In this document: positions 42,001-49,232 of the stretch, in pieces
Layout: every line of letters starts with the position of its first letter
How positions within the stretch are numbered: the stretch's first letter is position 1
DNA from: a virus
IMG/VR virus record: IMGVR_UViG_3300045974_000156
Span: 1-64,000 of that record
Reading direction: 5' to 3' (one strand)
Length of the DNA: 64,000 bases
Made by a program: the position numbers and the translations under genes
Notes under the pieces: model-generated
The model's input: only the letters and a program-made list of their open reading frames with translations
Databases searched by the model: none
What the model was told of the DNA's origin: nothing

Positions 42001-42491
42001 ATGCCTGCAAGTCATTACTTCGCAGTGCAAATAAGTACTCCGATTCCGAGTACTCTGCCAAACCAATGGACGAAGGTATCGGCGGTACATCACTTTACGG
42101 TATAGATTCTTCTACAGATGAGTACACCGCACCTTCGGACGAATACGGAGCCCCGCAAGAAGGTGAACAAAAATATGATATAGGGGTACCTGTAGATGAT
42201 TGTGGTGGTGGTGTTCAAGGTCCAAAGGGTCCTAGAAATATCGTAGAGTACCTCGGTGGAATGGAAGCAGAAGAACCAGGTATAAAGAGCAATAACTACC
42301 AAGAAGAAGATCTATATCCAAGCGAAGAATCGGACGTAGATGTTAAGTGGGGTTATCGTGCTGTTAATGTTGGCGAGAGGGCGCGTCCGTTAGATTATTA
42401 CCTCGAAGCTAACAAAATAGGACGGGATATACCTACCGACTCTGTAGAGGTCTTGGGGTGGGAAGATGCCGTTGTTATCAAGTCTCCATGA
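36078..42491 (+). CDS. 2137-aa virion-associated protein: FN3 domains, acidic repeats, beta domains and a long Ala-rich insertion
   Basis: About 3 FN3 repeats (PSAPR...LSWLAPSSTGGSAITGYTVT...YIFTVRAGNAYGTG), E-x5-D repeats, two GD-x-L...AYR-type domains, and an Ala-rich tract at ~39280-40970. Confidence 0.85.
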   Translation: MTVVTSASASVSGTNITVSWSCPYYPYSWTISGSIYNSVPGGSRSYTFTGVGAGTYSFQVGPTPGGGIADTSTRATNSVTVFTPPSAPRTIVASLGTIDANGNYPINLSWLAPSSTGGSAITGYTVTPSPAAPGSTISITGTTAVVSKLARGQTYIFTVRAGNAYGTGLGANSNSIQDGIQTVPGASTGVVASTSGIGAGVTINLSWTAPVDTGGVAITGYNVAPSPAIPGSTTVVNLAAKTAVISNIPYSAPPTLYTNTFTVSASNIVGTGPDSDPSNSIYLLYGTLHNNGYLDYQTTSQDPFDSGNNLRPKLEVDTLTLTGPTVDKYAKSNNPFGEREEYVTPYDNYKGGFKLGNNTYIDDQLAVPEDACDGIKSLKVKQEEYSTPKDNLFDAAKIVNKEIQESPTTFDKVNAGLHVFSEQEDDLLSPLEYNDLKLKISVSFLEQMPEPQDGIEWEYISGLHYGIYRRNQEEYPHPDDACDCRYSIGAKAKGAEAPTLSDGCLTALPYNDKIKEYVSGPADGYIGGHHVMAEYIDSETQPILQDGNDAGFGYFAEQHDDNDTIFTDSETSFRYYGTTGFEKNLEGPLDKWANNISYVIGFKDDGPICYEDQKAGIIWGVNQEDYATASAEGTSEKIGSLVYGEELDYNSAWQDTKDPIQFWVPASQPWLASSGISSVNRTTVTLPPEMLKGDVLILVFIHYNSSIDAAGYTKLGTRQLLDWGDGAFSYADIYWKRATGLESPLPIEVNDVGTFAQIYAFRDCNPENPPIEQFQMGDGSTLSFTSSIDSTEPIYIGITSTLGDYGPLISVADPLYFPVSGVNLFNLGVGVNVEIWEGYQPQAGSILSGTSSPTGGGCVNALFNFIAIPGYWTNVSTAAIITTGEINEEKNVIAFDDYTFDYKSGHGGYVYNRALEETITLQDQPLFHDEMFLIDPYKYAEESDMCDVTPSDDSRAGKYVLVESDQGDVIDLDYKFTTVQFLLLGQKEDKISAPKDKCDCHISVNSDKSESITTNVAPFFVGNGPPAVISKPALNNGRTPNLSITPWAAILPRDFLLATVHASDVPPASAYAANAAVAVAAATAANDVAVAAAAAAAAAPSDVNLAAIAVSTAAAASKAATTSAIASSVATDAADPAGAAMRAATNAAATAATAARTAANAATAAANAAAAIVAAAAALEAVDPGAALRAAEATAAAASAYVLDTIAAAISATSDAAIAISNARNAAATAANAAAAAANIATIAATSASNASNSLINAAAAMVAAALGNANLIAANSAARTAATSTSTAAVAANTRSLAAANALTAAGAAEAAASIATIAINDAAASPYDQDLANAAASAASAAASATVVAATAAAQNHAAFVTAIIPASSRADAATTIANNASSASDAVASIAVASPLNIHIVAASNAVNAAAIAASTYASDAADDAVAITNASLAADAAEIATSDAASVTTPIATAGFINSQAVLNAISTAAAADPAAVIAHASRASTAADIALAAAAAATTAADAADAAAIATAAATTPTAAATAADATATATATAADATATASGNAGLVVFTTEDSNLVTTAKTSAGYADSAATAAFRAADRATATALDPSVIAAARATTAIAAAAAAPDDQNLAHAATVAIANAAANPPKGIVFHSDWTVLPVCGPMHAFWKITTGAEPPVIIPSVQNHVVMGSITAYRGVDVAYADPITDIGPSMSDTKKGPTSGYGGQTYDGSTPYVPGEQQYPIYIYYPKLVPLQTLSYQLPSPSPKGPHERMIAITGYNLNGGGSGFYPSTTKDPDPKTHILPGLMPYTRNVLSGNGPTIPYTYNDVLQVINGSGSTISKTNQVGTGWGTYIFDGDTINEGPSEAPLPVLQVYAPTRTTFYGFVISLRGSFISNTENAGVNMNRVSDDPNYVTSLDNYEVEVRPTRAAQKGPIDPPDVESERLWMPGGPCKERDVKGPIDYCDYEYVPANMLVSYDDRLLTAKPSDACKSLLRSANKYSDSEYSAKPMDEGIGGTSLYGIDSSTDEYTAPSDEYGAPQEGEQKYDIGVPVDDCGGGVQGPKGPRNIVEYLGGMEAEEPGIKSNNYQEEDLYPSEESDVDVKWGYRAVNVGERARPLDYYLEANKIGRDIPTDSVEVLGWEDAVVIKSP

Positions 42492-42508
42492 GTAATTTCC
42501 AAAATAAT

Positions 42509-42537
42509 TTGACAAAAACCAACAAATACTCCAAAAT
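42509..42537 (+). promoter_or_regulatory. sigma70-like promoter for the major capsid gene
   Basis: TTGACA-17 bp-CAAAAT, about 108 nt before the ATG at 42646. Confidence 0.65.
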
Positions 42538-42645
42538 CCGCATTGTTATCGAGTTACCCCGATGGACCCCGGGAGGGGCACCCAGAGGGCAGCAAGTAAA
42601 TCCCCAGACCCGTATTTTACGGACAACAAAAGGACAATAAAGATT

Positions 42646-44241
42646 ATGGCACCTTCAGCAAGAATGCTAGCCGAAAAGGCTGGAATAGAATCCCGCAAGA
42701 CAATCATGGACGAGTCCTACATGGGCGCGCTCTCCTCAAAGTGGGGAGAGTTCCTAGAGGGCGTTCCTGGTCGCAGCGAGTCAGACCGTTATCTACGCGG
42801 CTGCACCGCAATCCTGATGGAGAATCAGTCAGAGTGGCTACAGAGCATGGACGAGGACACCCGTCAGGCTAACGTAGGTACTTTCACCAAGTTCATCTTC
42901 CCAATCCTCCGCAGGGTATTCCCAAACCTCATCGCTAACGAGATCGTATCCGTTCAGCCGATGACTGCCCCAACTGGCGCTGTATTCTTCCTAGACTACG
43001 TTTACGCTAGCTCCAAGGGTCAGACCGGTTATACCCCGGGCGCAAATGGCGCAGCAGTAGGCGCAACTCCTGGTTATAACTCCTCTGGAACTAACCCTAA
43101 CGCAACCTTCCCTGACCAGTTTGACCAGAATTACTCAGCCGAGTTCATCAACGGCGAGCCTCTAGTCACAGGCGGCAGCGGCAAGTACGGCGGCGTCGGC
43201 GCAGCAATCAGCACCGTTAAGCTAGCTTGGGCTCCAGTTCGTGACGTAGACTCCGTTAACAGCTACTCCGTAGTTATCTCCGAAGTAGCCCAGAGCACTG
43301 GCGCAGTAGTTCAGAGCGCCACTATGAACGCTGGCGGCGGATCCTTCACCTTCAGCACTGGTGCAATCACCAATGCAGCCGGATCACTGAGCCTCAACGA
43401 CGGAACCCTAACCGGTTTCAAGTTTGAGAACGCAGTTGGCGCAGGTAATCAGGTTTTGGCTTACTACTTCTACAACGGTGAAGCCAATAGCTCGATCCCA
43501 CAGATCAGCCTAAACGTTCGCCAGCTACCTGTTCAGGCAATTCCTCGCCGCCTCAAGGCGCTATGGTCCAGCGAAGCTGCTGAAGATCTACGCGCTCTAC
43601 ACGGCGTAGACGCCGAAGCAGAAATGGTCGCCACTATCGCCCAGGAAATCGCGCTAGAGATCGACCGTGAAATCATCCAGGACCTCTTCAAGAACAGCAC
43701 CGGAACCACCGCTTCTTGGGACAGGACCCCTCCTGCCGCAATCTCTGAGCACGATCACATCCGCTCACTGATTACCCAGATCAGCACCGTATCAAACCTC
43801 ATTCACAAGAAGACCCTCCGTAGCCCTGCAAACTTCATCGTTACTTCTCCGGAAGTCAGCGCCCTGTTTGCTCAGTTAACTACTCATGGTGATTTCAATA
43901 CCATCTTTAGCTCTGACACTGGCACCCCATACGGAAGCCGCGACGTTCCCCGCCCCCTAAGCCGTCAGGGACAGTTCGGCGTATACAAGGTCGGAACCCT
44001 CATGGGCAAGTGGACCGTATATGAGGATCCATACTTCACCCGTAACCAGATGCTAGTCGGTCTAAAGGGCGATGGATATCTGAACGCCGGATATGCATGG
44101 GCTCCTTATGTCCCGCTTCAGGTCACTCCTACGTTCCTCGATCCAGCTGATATGACAATGAGGAAGGGTCTCCGTACTCGCTATGCCAAGAAACTTCTCC
44201 GTTCAGAATTCTACGGAAGCATTGCGGTCTCGAATCTTTAA
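42646..44241 (+). CDS. gp23: major capsid protein, T4 gp23 family
   Basis: IANEIVSVQPMTAPTGAVFFL, RRLKALWSSEAAEDLRALHGVDAEAEM, EIALEIDREII, APYVPLQ, KGLRTRY. Strong codon bias. Start revised from 42562 to 42646 (AAGGA RBS, downstream of the promoter). Confidence 0.96.
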   Translation: MAPSARMLAEKAGIESRKTIMDESYMGALSSKWGEFLEGVPGRSESDRYLRGCTAILMENQSEWLQSMDEDTRQANVGTFTKFIFPILRRVFPNLIANEIVSVQPMTAPTGAVFFLDYVYASSKGQTGYTPGANGAAVGATPGYNSSGTNPNATFPDQFDQNYSAEFINGEPLVTGGSGKYGGVGAAISTVKLAWAPVRDVDSVNSYSVVISEVAQSTGAVVQSATMNAGGGSFTFSTGAITNAAGSLSLNDGTLTGFKFENAVGAGNQVLAYYFYNGEANSSIPQISLNVRQLPVQAIPRRLKALWSSEAAEDLRALHGVDAEAEMVATIAQEIALEIDREIIQDLFKNSTGTTASWDRTPPAAISEHDHIRSLITQISTVSNLIHKKTLRSPANFIVTSPEVSALFAQLTTHGDFNTIFSSDTGTPYGSRDVPRPLSRQGQFGVYKVGTLMGKWTVYEDPYFTRNQMLVGLKGDGYLNAGYAWAPYVPLQVTPTFLDPADMTMRKGLRTRYAKKLLRSEFYGSIAVSNL

Positions 44242-44265
44242 CAACTAGCCAGAAACCCAGTATTT

Positions 44266-44303
44266 CAGAGGGGCTGTCCGAAAGGGCAGCCCCTCTGTCT
44301 TTT
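44266..44303 (+). terminator. rho-independent terminator after the major capsid gene
   Basis: CAGAGGGGCTGTCC-GAAA-GGGCAGCCCCTCTG followed by TCTTTT. Confidence 0.92.
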
Positions 44304-44410
44304 GTGTGTACTCGTAGCGCATGACAAACTGAGAAATTTATAGAATTAAAAATGTAGCTACGTCTACCCGTGCAGCATGACGCTTTTGGCGTCATATGAC
44401 AAGGGTATAC

Positions 44411-44477
44411 TTGACAACTAGTATGCTCTGTTGTACTCTTCTTTTATGACACTCTCGTGTGTCCGGAAAAGAGTATA
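44411..44477 (+). promoter_or_regulatory. promoter plus RBS-sequestering hairpin for the LAGLIDADG-methyltransferase gene
   Basis: TTGACA-17 bp-TACTCT. TGTACTCTT pairs with AAGAGTATA just before the ATG; inner GACAC/GTGTC stem. Confidence 0.65.
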
Positions 44478-44481
44478 TTGA

Positions 44482-46308
44482 ATGGATTTAAATACATGGT
44501 CCCCTGAACTAGCTTGGTGGCTGGGTGTAACTTTTGGCGACGGCTACTCCAGGCACAATGATACTCACATATCTACTACCCTAACTAGTGGTGACTATGA
44601 TCTGGTCGCTAAGTGGATTATTCTCGGTGGGGGCTCGGTAGACAAAATAACCAAGAGGTATTCTGGAAAATGCTGGGACGCTAATATTTACGATCCCAGA
44701 TATGCCAAATGGCTCTCAGATAAATACGGAATGAACGGTAGGAAGGATGACAAACTTGAGTGGCCCTCCGACCTTCCAGCAGATCTGTACTCTCATTTTG
44801 TTAGGGGACTATGGGACACTGATGGTAATTTAACGCATATCCGGCCAACTGATACCCGAGCAGGAAAACTAGCCGTAACTTTTTTCAATAAAGGATATAA
44901 ACTAGTTGAAGGATTGGTGTCCAACTTTCCAGAACTTAAGCTTAAAGACGGAACCATGACTTCAGGACCATACAAAGGCTACAAGTACATGAAGGCTACA
45001 ATTACTGGACCTGGAGCAGTTATATTTGGAGAGAAGGTATACAAAGATGCACCACAGCATATTAGGTGCGACAGAAAGTACAATATTTTCAATACGTTTT
45101 ATTCTTGGTTTCAGAGTAGTAATAATTCTTGTAAGACTTGTGGGGCATTATGTAAGCGTGGGGAAGATTTTTGTGCATATCATCGCAAGTTCAACGGATC
45201 CAATCCACCTCCGTGTGAATGCGGTGTAGAGCTTATTTACGCCTTTAATAAATGTCAAAAGTGCTACAGGAGAGACTACAGAGGGGGGGTTCGCGATTGG
45301 AGTCCTGCAATTTTACAACAGTTGGCAGATTTTCCAGTAGAGTGCTGGCATGATTATTCGGACTCTTATAAATCAGAAGCCTTGGATGTACTAGAGGGTA
45401 TATTCTCTACTCGCAAGTTTCCAGAGTACATATTTGAAAACCCACCATCAGATCTATCCTCGGTAACACAAGGTAAACTTACCTTTAACCAAATTACTCA
45501 TACTATTTCTAATGTAGGTTGGTCAGGACAACCACTGTGTACTTCTTTTTATAGGCATAGATTTGATGCTAAATATTTAGAGGGTATGTCGATAAGAGAA
45601 GCCTACGCAGATCCAAAATCACTAAGATCCGCACTCAAATACCAACTAGATCACCGCGATCCTATCAGACCCAAGAGAGTTATAAAGGCACTATCAGCAA
45701 AACACAAGACCCCAACCAACTTCGCCCCTGTGCTAGCCCGATGGCTGGTAGACCGGTATTGCCCTCAGGGTGGCACCGTATTTGACCCCTGTTCTGGCTA
45801 TGGTGGTAGATTACTAGGAAGTCTAGCCAGTAATAAGAATGTTCATTATATAGGTCACGATATAGAGCCGCTCACGATAGAGGCTGGTAAGAAAATGTGC
45901 GCTAACCTAGGTACAGATCGCGCCACGCTGGAGATCAAAGCCCTAGAGTCAGATGACCCATTTCCAAAAAGCGACTTACTGATGACATGCCCACCTTATT
46001 ATAATAGAGAGGTCTATGGTGAAGCTTCCGAAGCTTCTGCCAAGTCTTATGAAACCTACGGAGCCTGGCTTCAAGGTTGGATGGGCAAGCTGCTGGATAA
46101 AGCCCAAGCCTCTACAAAGACTCTAGCTATCTGCGTTAGTACTTTTAGGTTAAATAACGACAAGGTAGAGTTTCCAAACGATCTAAGATCCTTAATCCAA
46201 AATAAAGGCATGAAGATCCGAGAGGAGCTATTTTGGGAAACATCTACTTTTGGTAAAAAAGCCAGTGGCAAGGGGCGTCAAGAACATATTTTCGTGGTGG
46301 ACTTCTGA
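44482..46308 (+). CDS. LAGLIDADG endonuclease domain + Cys-rich linker + amino-(N6A/N4C) DNA methyltransferase fusion
   Basis: Two LAGLIDADG helices, LAWWLGVTFGDG and HFVRGLWDTDG; CKTC/CAYH and CEC/CQKC linker; SAM motif VFDPCSGYGGRLLG; catalytic TCPPYY..EVY. Confidence 0.85.
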   Translation: MDLNTWSPELAWWLGVTFGDGYSRHNDTHISTTLTSGDYDLVAKWIILGGGSVDKITKRYSGKCWDANIYDPRYAKWLSDKYGMNGRKDDKLEWPSDLPADLYSHFVRGLWDTDGNLTHIRPTDTRAGKLAVTFFNKGYKLVEGLVSNFPELKLKDGTMTSGPYKGYKYMKATITGPGAVIFGEKVYKDAPQHIRCDRKYNIFNTFYSWFQSSNNSCKTCGALCKRGEDFCAYHRKFNGSNPPPCECGVELIYAFNKCQKCYRRDYRGGVRDWSPAILQQLADFPVECWHDYSDSYKSEALDVLEGIFSTRKFPEYIFENPPSDLSSVTQGKLTFNQITHTISNVGWSGQPLCTSFYRHRFDAKYLEGMSIREAYADPKSLRSALKYQLDHRDPIRPKRVIKALSAKHKTPTNFAPVLARWLVDRYCPQGGTVFDPCSGYGGRLLGSLASNKNVHYIGHDIEPLTIEAGKKMCANLGTDRATLEIKALESDDPFPKSDLLMTCPPYYNREVYGEASEASAKSYETYGAWLQGWMGKLLDKAQASTKTLAICVSTFRLNNDKVEFPNDLRSLIQNKGMKIREELFWETSTFGKKASGKGRQEHIFVVDF

Positions 46309-46514
46309 TGCACCCACCCTGTAGCGAGTCAGCCCAGTATCTCTATATGGAGTTTCTGGAGGAACAAAGAATGATTAATCTTGGGCTCAATAGTGAAATT
46401 ATGAGTTATGACCACGAGTTCCCAGAGGATCCCATGGTGGGCGATTGGCTTGATTATTTATGGGAAAAACTACCCCGTGGGACCCAGATAGGTAACGAGG
46501 TAATGGCTGGCTAA
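46308..46514 (+). CDS. small hypothetical protein
   Basis: TGATG coupling to the upstream gene; no recognisable motif. Confidence 0.45.
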   Translation: MHPPCSESAQYLYMEFLEEQRMINLGLNSEIMSYDHEFPEDPMVGDWLDYLWEKLPRGTQIGNEVMAG

Positions 46515-46515
46515 T

Positions 46516-46962
46516 TTACTTCTTAGCCACCGCTTTCTTAGCTGCACGCCTAGCAAGAACCATTTTTAATCTCTCAGGAGTGACCTTCTGGTCTACCCAC
46601 CAGTCTGCCCAATCTTGGGACATATTGTTTAGGTGGCGGCTTCTGCGCGGGGTCATCATACTACCCGGGACACGCCCAGTCTTATTTCCAGCGATGACAA
46701 GATCTTCATCACTTTCAACTATTCTGTATTTATTTATTGGGTGCTTCTCGCTTTCTTGTGCTACCAATTCTCGCCAAGGCTTGCGAATCCCGGTAGATCT
46801 CAAGGCAGCCGATTTCATGATAGCCCTTCGTTCTTTGTCTTTTTGATCCACAGGTACTTGGTCTATCGCTCTAGGTTTATTCAGACGTTGCGATCCCTGA
46901 GGCATAATCGGAACATCAGAGTGCATAGTCTCATTTAACATATAAGCATCAATCCAGGACAT
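46516..46962 (-). CDS. hypothetical protein, possible internal head protein
   Basis: GGGG RBS and a TGATAAAAT extended -10 on the minus strand (46996-46988). L/I-x-E motifs (MLNET, IVESD) and a basic C-terminus. Confidence 0.6.
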   Translation of the reverse strand: MSWIDAYMLNETMHSDVPIMPQGSQRLNKPRAIDQVPVDQKDKERRAIMKSAALRSTGIRKPWRELVAQESEKHPINKYRIVESDEDLVIAGNKTGRVPGSMMTPRRSRHLNNMSQDWADWWVDQKVTPERLKMVLARRAAKKAVAKK

Positions 46963-47003
46963 AAATACCCCGTCAGCAGTTTCAATTATTTTATCATAAA
47001 ACT

Positions 47004-47028
47004 AAAAAACCACCCCTGAGGGTGGTTT
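47004..47028 (-). terminator. rho-independent terminator for the 47368-47054 gene
   Basis: Minus strand reads AAACCACCC-TCAG-GGGTGGTTTTTT. Confidence 0.75.
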
Positions 47029-47053
47029 CTCGTCCCGCCGATGCTGTCTAGCT

Positions 47054-47368
47054 CTAGCAACCAGTGCCGAGATCAGGGGTCTGATCGACCTGAAAGATGC
47101 TCAGGAGAAACTTATCCCAAGTGGTCTGGTCTTCCTTCGGTGACTTCTCAGGTGCGCCGCTGCTGACCACAAGCCGGTGACGAATTCCGGGCTTCTGGCA
47201 GCCAAGTCGATTCTGGGCAATCAGCCGCCCACGGGCTCGGCTCCACTGATCGTGAGGATTAGCCCTAGAGTAAGCCACAATCACCTTCTGCCCCTCAAGC
47301 TTATATGCAAAAGTAAGACGCTGCTCAGGGAAGTGCCGGATCTCGATCTTCTGGTTCTCGTTTGTCAT
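47054..47368 (-). CDS. small hypothetical phage protein, probable early gene
   Basis: AAGGAG RBS; start revised from 47404. YSRANPHDQWSRARGRLIAQNRL resembles a common small phage protein motif. Own promoter and terminator. Confidence 0.7.
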   Translation of the reverse strand: MTNENQKIEIRHFPEQRLTFAYKLEGQKVIVAYSRANPHDQWSRARGRLIAQNRLGCQKPGIRHRLVVSSGAPEKSPKEDQTTWDKFLLSIFQVDQTPDLGTGC

Positions 47369-47399
47369 CTCTTTCTCCTTTGTGTACTTCGCAGGAAGA

Positions 47400-47465
47400 A
47401 CCATAGACCAGATAGCAAGCCAGAGTCAAGATCTTTGTTGACCCCACCAGCAACCATGCTACAAT
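47400..47465. promoter_or_regulatory. back-to-back divergent sigma70-like promoters
   Basis: Minus strand: TTGACT(47429-24)-18 bp-TATGGT(47405-00). Plus strand: TTGACC(47438-43)-16 bp-TACAAT(47460-65) with extended TG. Confidence 0.6.
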
Positions 47466-47499
47466 CAGCTTTAGATTTTATCCTACGGAGATTTCAAAA

Positions 47500-47778
47500 A
47501 TGAAAAAGACAGTCTATACTTTACGTCCCGGTATTTCGATTCTTGCCTATAAGGGTCGCCGCGTAATGCCTGGCGAGTGGATCGATGACAATACTCTAGT
47601 CAATAATCCTTCTTTCATGCCAATGGTTGCCGACTTTCCGGAACCTCAGATTAGGGAGCAGATGCCTGTCCCGGTAGCCCCGCTACTAACTGAACAGATG
47701 CCCGTCAGCAAGCCCACAGTGGTTCAGGAAGCCCCCGTAGAGAAGCTTGAGAAGCCTCACAAGGGTAAGAGGGGCTAG
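47500..47778 (+). CDS. small hypothetical protein, possibly head-associated
   Basis: GGAG RBS; repeated IREQMPV / LTEQMPV / VQEAPV motifs. Confidence 0.65.
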   Translation: MKKTVYTLRPGISILAYKGRRVMPGEWIDDNTLVNNPSFMPMVADFPEPQIREQMPVPVAPLLTEQMPVSKPTVVQEAPVEKLEKPHKGKRG

Positions 47779-47779
47779 T

Positions 47780-48313
47780 ATGTCAGAAATAGACATAGGG
47801 GCTTTGAAATCTATTGTTGATAAACAGAGGGCTGATTTCATTGAGAGGTTAGAAAAAGAAATCGGACCTGTTACCGGTGCAAAATTGGAAGATCTGCGGG
47901 AGCAGTATTGGATTGATACAAAAAACGCAGAAGCACTCCATAACCTGTATACAAAATCCGCCATAGTAGCCATTGCCACCGATAATTATATGGGGCAGTT
48001 CGGAATAACAGAGGAGATCCGTAATCAAGCCAACGATTTGATGCAAAAAATAGATGCGCTAGTTAGGGCTCAGAATATCAGAAAAAATGAATCAGATGAT
48101 AGGCTTATGGTAGCCAATAAGGCTATGTTCGATCAACTAAGTACGGAAAATAAAACAATCGGACTAGATTTCTTAGATTCACGATATCTAAAAAAGGAAG
48201 AATCAGAGGAGGCGATGAAGGCTCCACTTCCAGAAGCGTATGGTGTTAATTTGAAAAGATTTAAGGAGTTGGCTTACAAGGACACTACTCATACTGTTGG
48301 AGGTAAGATCTAA
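47780..48313 (+). CDS. hypothetical helical protein
   Basis: GAGGGG RBS; start revised from 47747. Confidence 0.65.
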   Translation: MSEIDIGALKSIVDKQRADFIERLEKEIGPVTGAKLEDLREQYWIDTKNAEALHNLYTKSAIVAIATDNYMGQFGITEEIRNQANDLMQKIDALVRAQNIRKNESDDRLMVANKAMFDQLSTENKTIGLDFLDSRYLKKEESEEAMKAPLPEAYGVNLKRFKELAYKDTTHTVGGKI

Positions 48314-48555
48314 TGACTGCCACATTACCTGATGGTACCAAGTTAGAAGGTACACCAGAAGAAATTAGTAAAGCTCTGAGCCTCATGGGAACATCAAAAC
48401 AGGCTGTGCCTTATTATGTACCTTATCAACCTATTTGGGTCATTCCACCATATACACAACCATATAATCCGCAGCCGTGGTACACGATATCTTCAAATAC
48501 TATCGGGACATCGGTAGCCGAGAATCCGAAGATAACGTATAGTGTTATAAACTAG
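48313..48555 (+). CDS. small hypothetical protein with a Pro/Tyr-rich segment
   Basis: GGAGG RBS; TAATG coupling. Confidence 0.7.
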   Translation: MTATLPDGTKLEGTPEEISKALSLMGTSKQAVPYYVPYQPIWVIPPYTQPYNPQPWYTISSNTIGTSVAENPKITYSVIN

Positions 48556-48719
48556 CCCGGCTTGGTAGTCCCGTAGGATATATAGCCTCGTGGCTGGTAT
48601 CATGGTAGTACCTGAATTTTGTCTAGACTGGTAAAAACTCCAGCCTGTACAACCATGTATAATTATATTATCCTAAGAGGGCTTACCTAACTGGAACATA
48701 GATTCGATTAGAGGGCCCG

Positions 48720-49229
48720 TTGATCCTTCAACCCATCATATCGCGTCCAGGTCCACAAGGTCCAGCAGGAGCTACAGGTCCACAAGGACCCCAAGGTCCC
48801 GAAGGACCGCAAGGACCACAAGGACATACAGGACCCGCCGGACCTCAAAGTAATGGTGGGGCGGTTATTCTTGGGGCAACGTGTACATCACTGGATAATG
48901 TTGGGGATCTGGTGTATATTGCAGGGTCAGGGATGATCGTATCTAGAGCAGATCCTACTAATAACTCGAAAATGCCAGCAGTCGGTTGTATTATTTCCAA
49001 ATCATCAGATACGGATTGTGAAGTGCAAGTAGGCTCTGTTGTTACAAACGTGTATTCAGGATTAGTACCTGGAAAGATTTACTTTGTAGGTACAGATGGT
49101 AGTATTACAGTATCTAGACCGACACCGCAAATAGGAAGGTCGCTCTTGGTACAACCCGTGGGAGTAGCATTAGATATTTCAAAGTTTCTGATCAATCCGA
49201 GCCCCACCATAACCCGATTAATAGGATAA
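48720..49229 (+). CDS. collagen-like protein with a capsid-cement/fibre-anchor-like C-terminal domain
   Basis: 11 Gly-X-Y triplets, then VGDLVYI...ADP...AVG...[13 protein letters not shown]...P...QPVGVA. Confidence 0.75.
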   Translation: MILQPIISRPGPQGPAGATGPQGPQGPEGPQGPQGHTGPAGPQSNGGAVILGATCTSLDNVGDLVYIAGSGMIVSRADPTNNSKMPAVGCIISKSSDTDCEVQVGSVVTNVYSGLVPGKIYFVGTDGSITVSRPTPQIGRSLLVQPVGVALDISKFLINPSPTITRLIG

Positions 49230-49232
49230 TTT

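Noticed and set aside
42562-42645. N-terminal 28-aa extension of the major capsid protein in the ORF track
   Set aside because: No SD before 42562, whereas AAGGA precedes ATG 42646; the segment looks like a structured 5' UTR.
44482-45120. Intein or intron hosting the LAGLIDADG domain
   Set aside because: The domain starts at the N-terminus of its own ORF, no intein splice motifs (N-terminal C/S, HN-C/S/T) are visible, and the upstream capsid gene is complete and terminated.
48556-48719. tRNA or other ncRNA in the longer intergenic gaps (also 44304-44410)
   Set aside because: No cloverleaf, T-loop (GTTCRA) context or CCA end recognisable by eye; only promoter-like elements and short hairpins.
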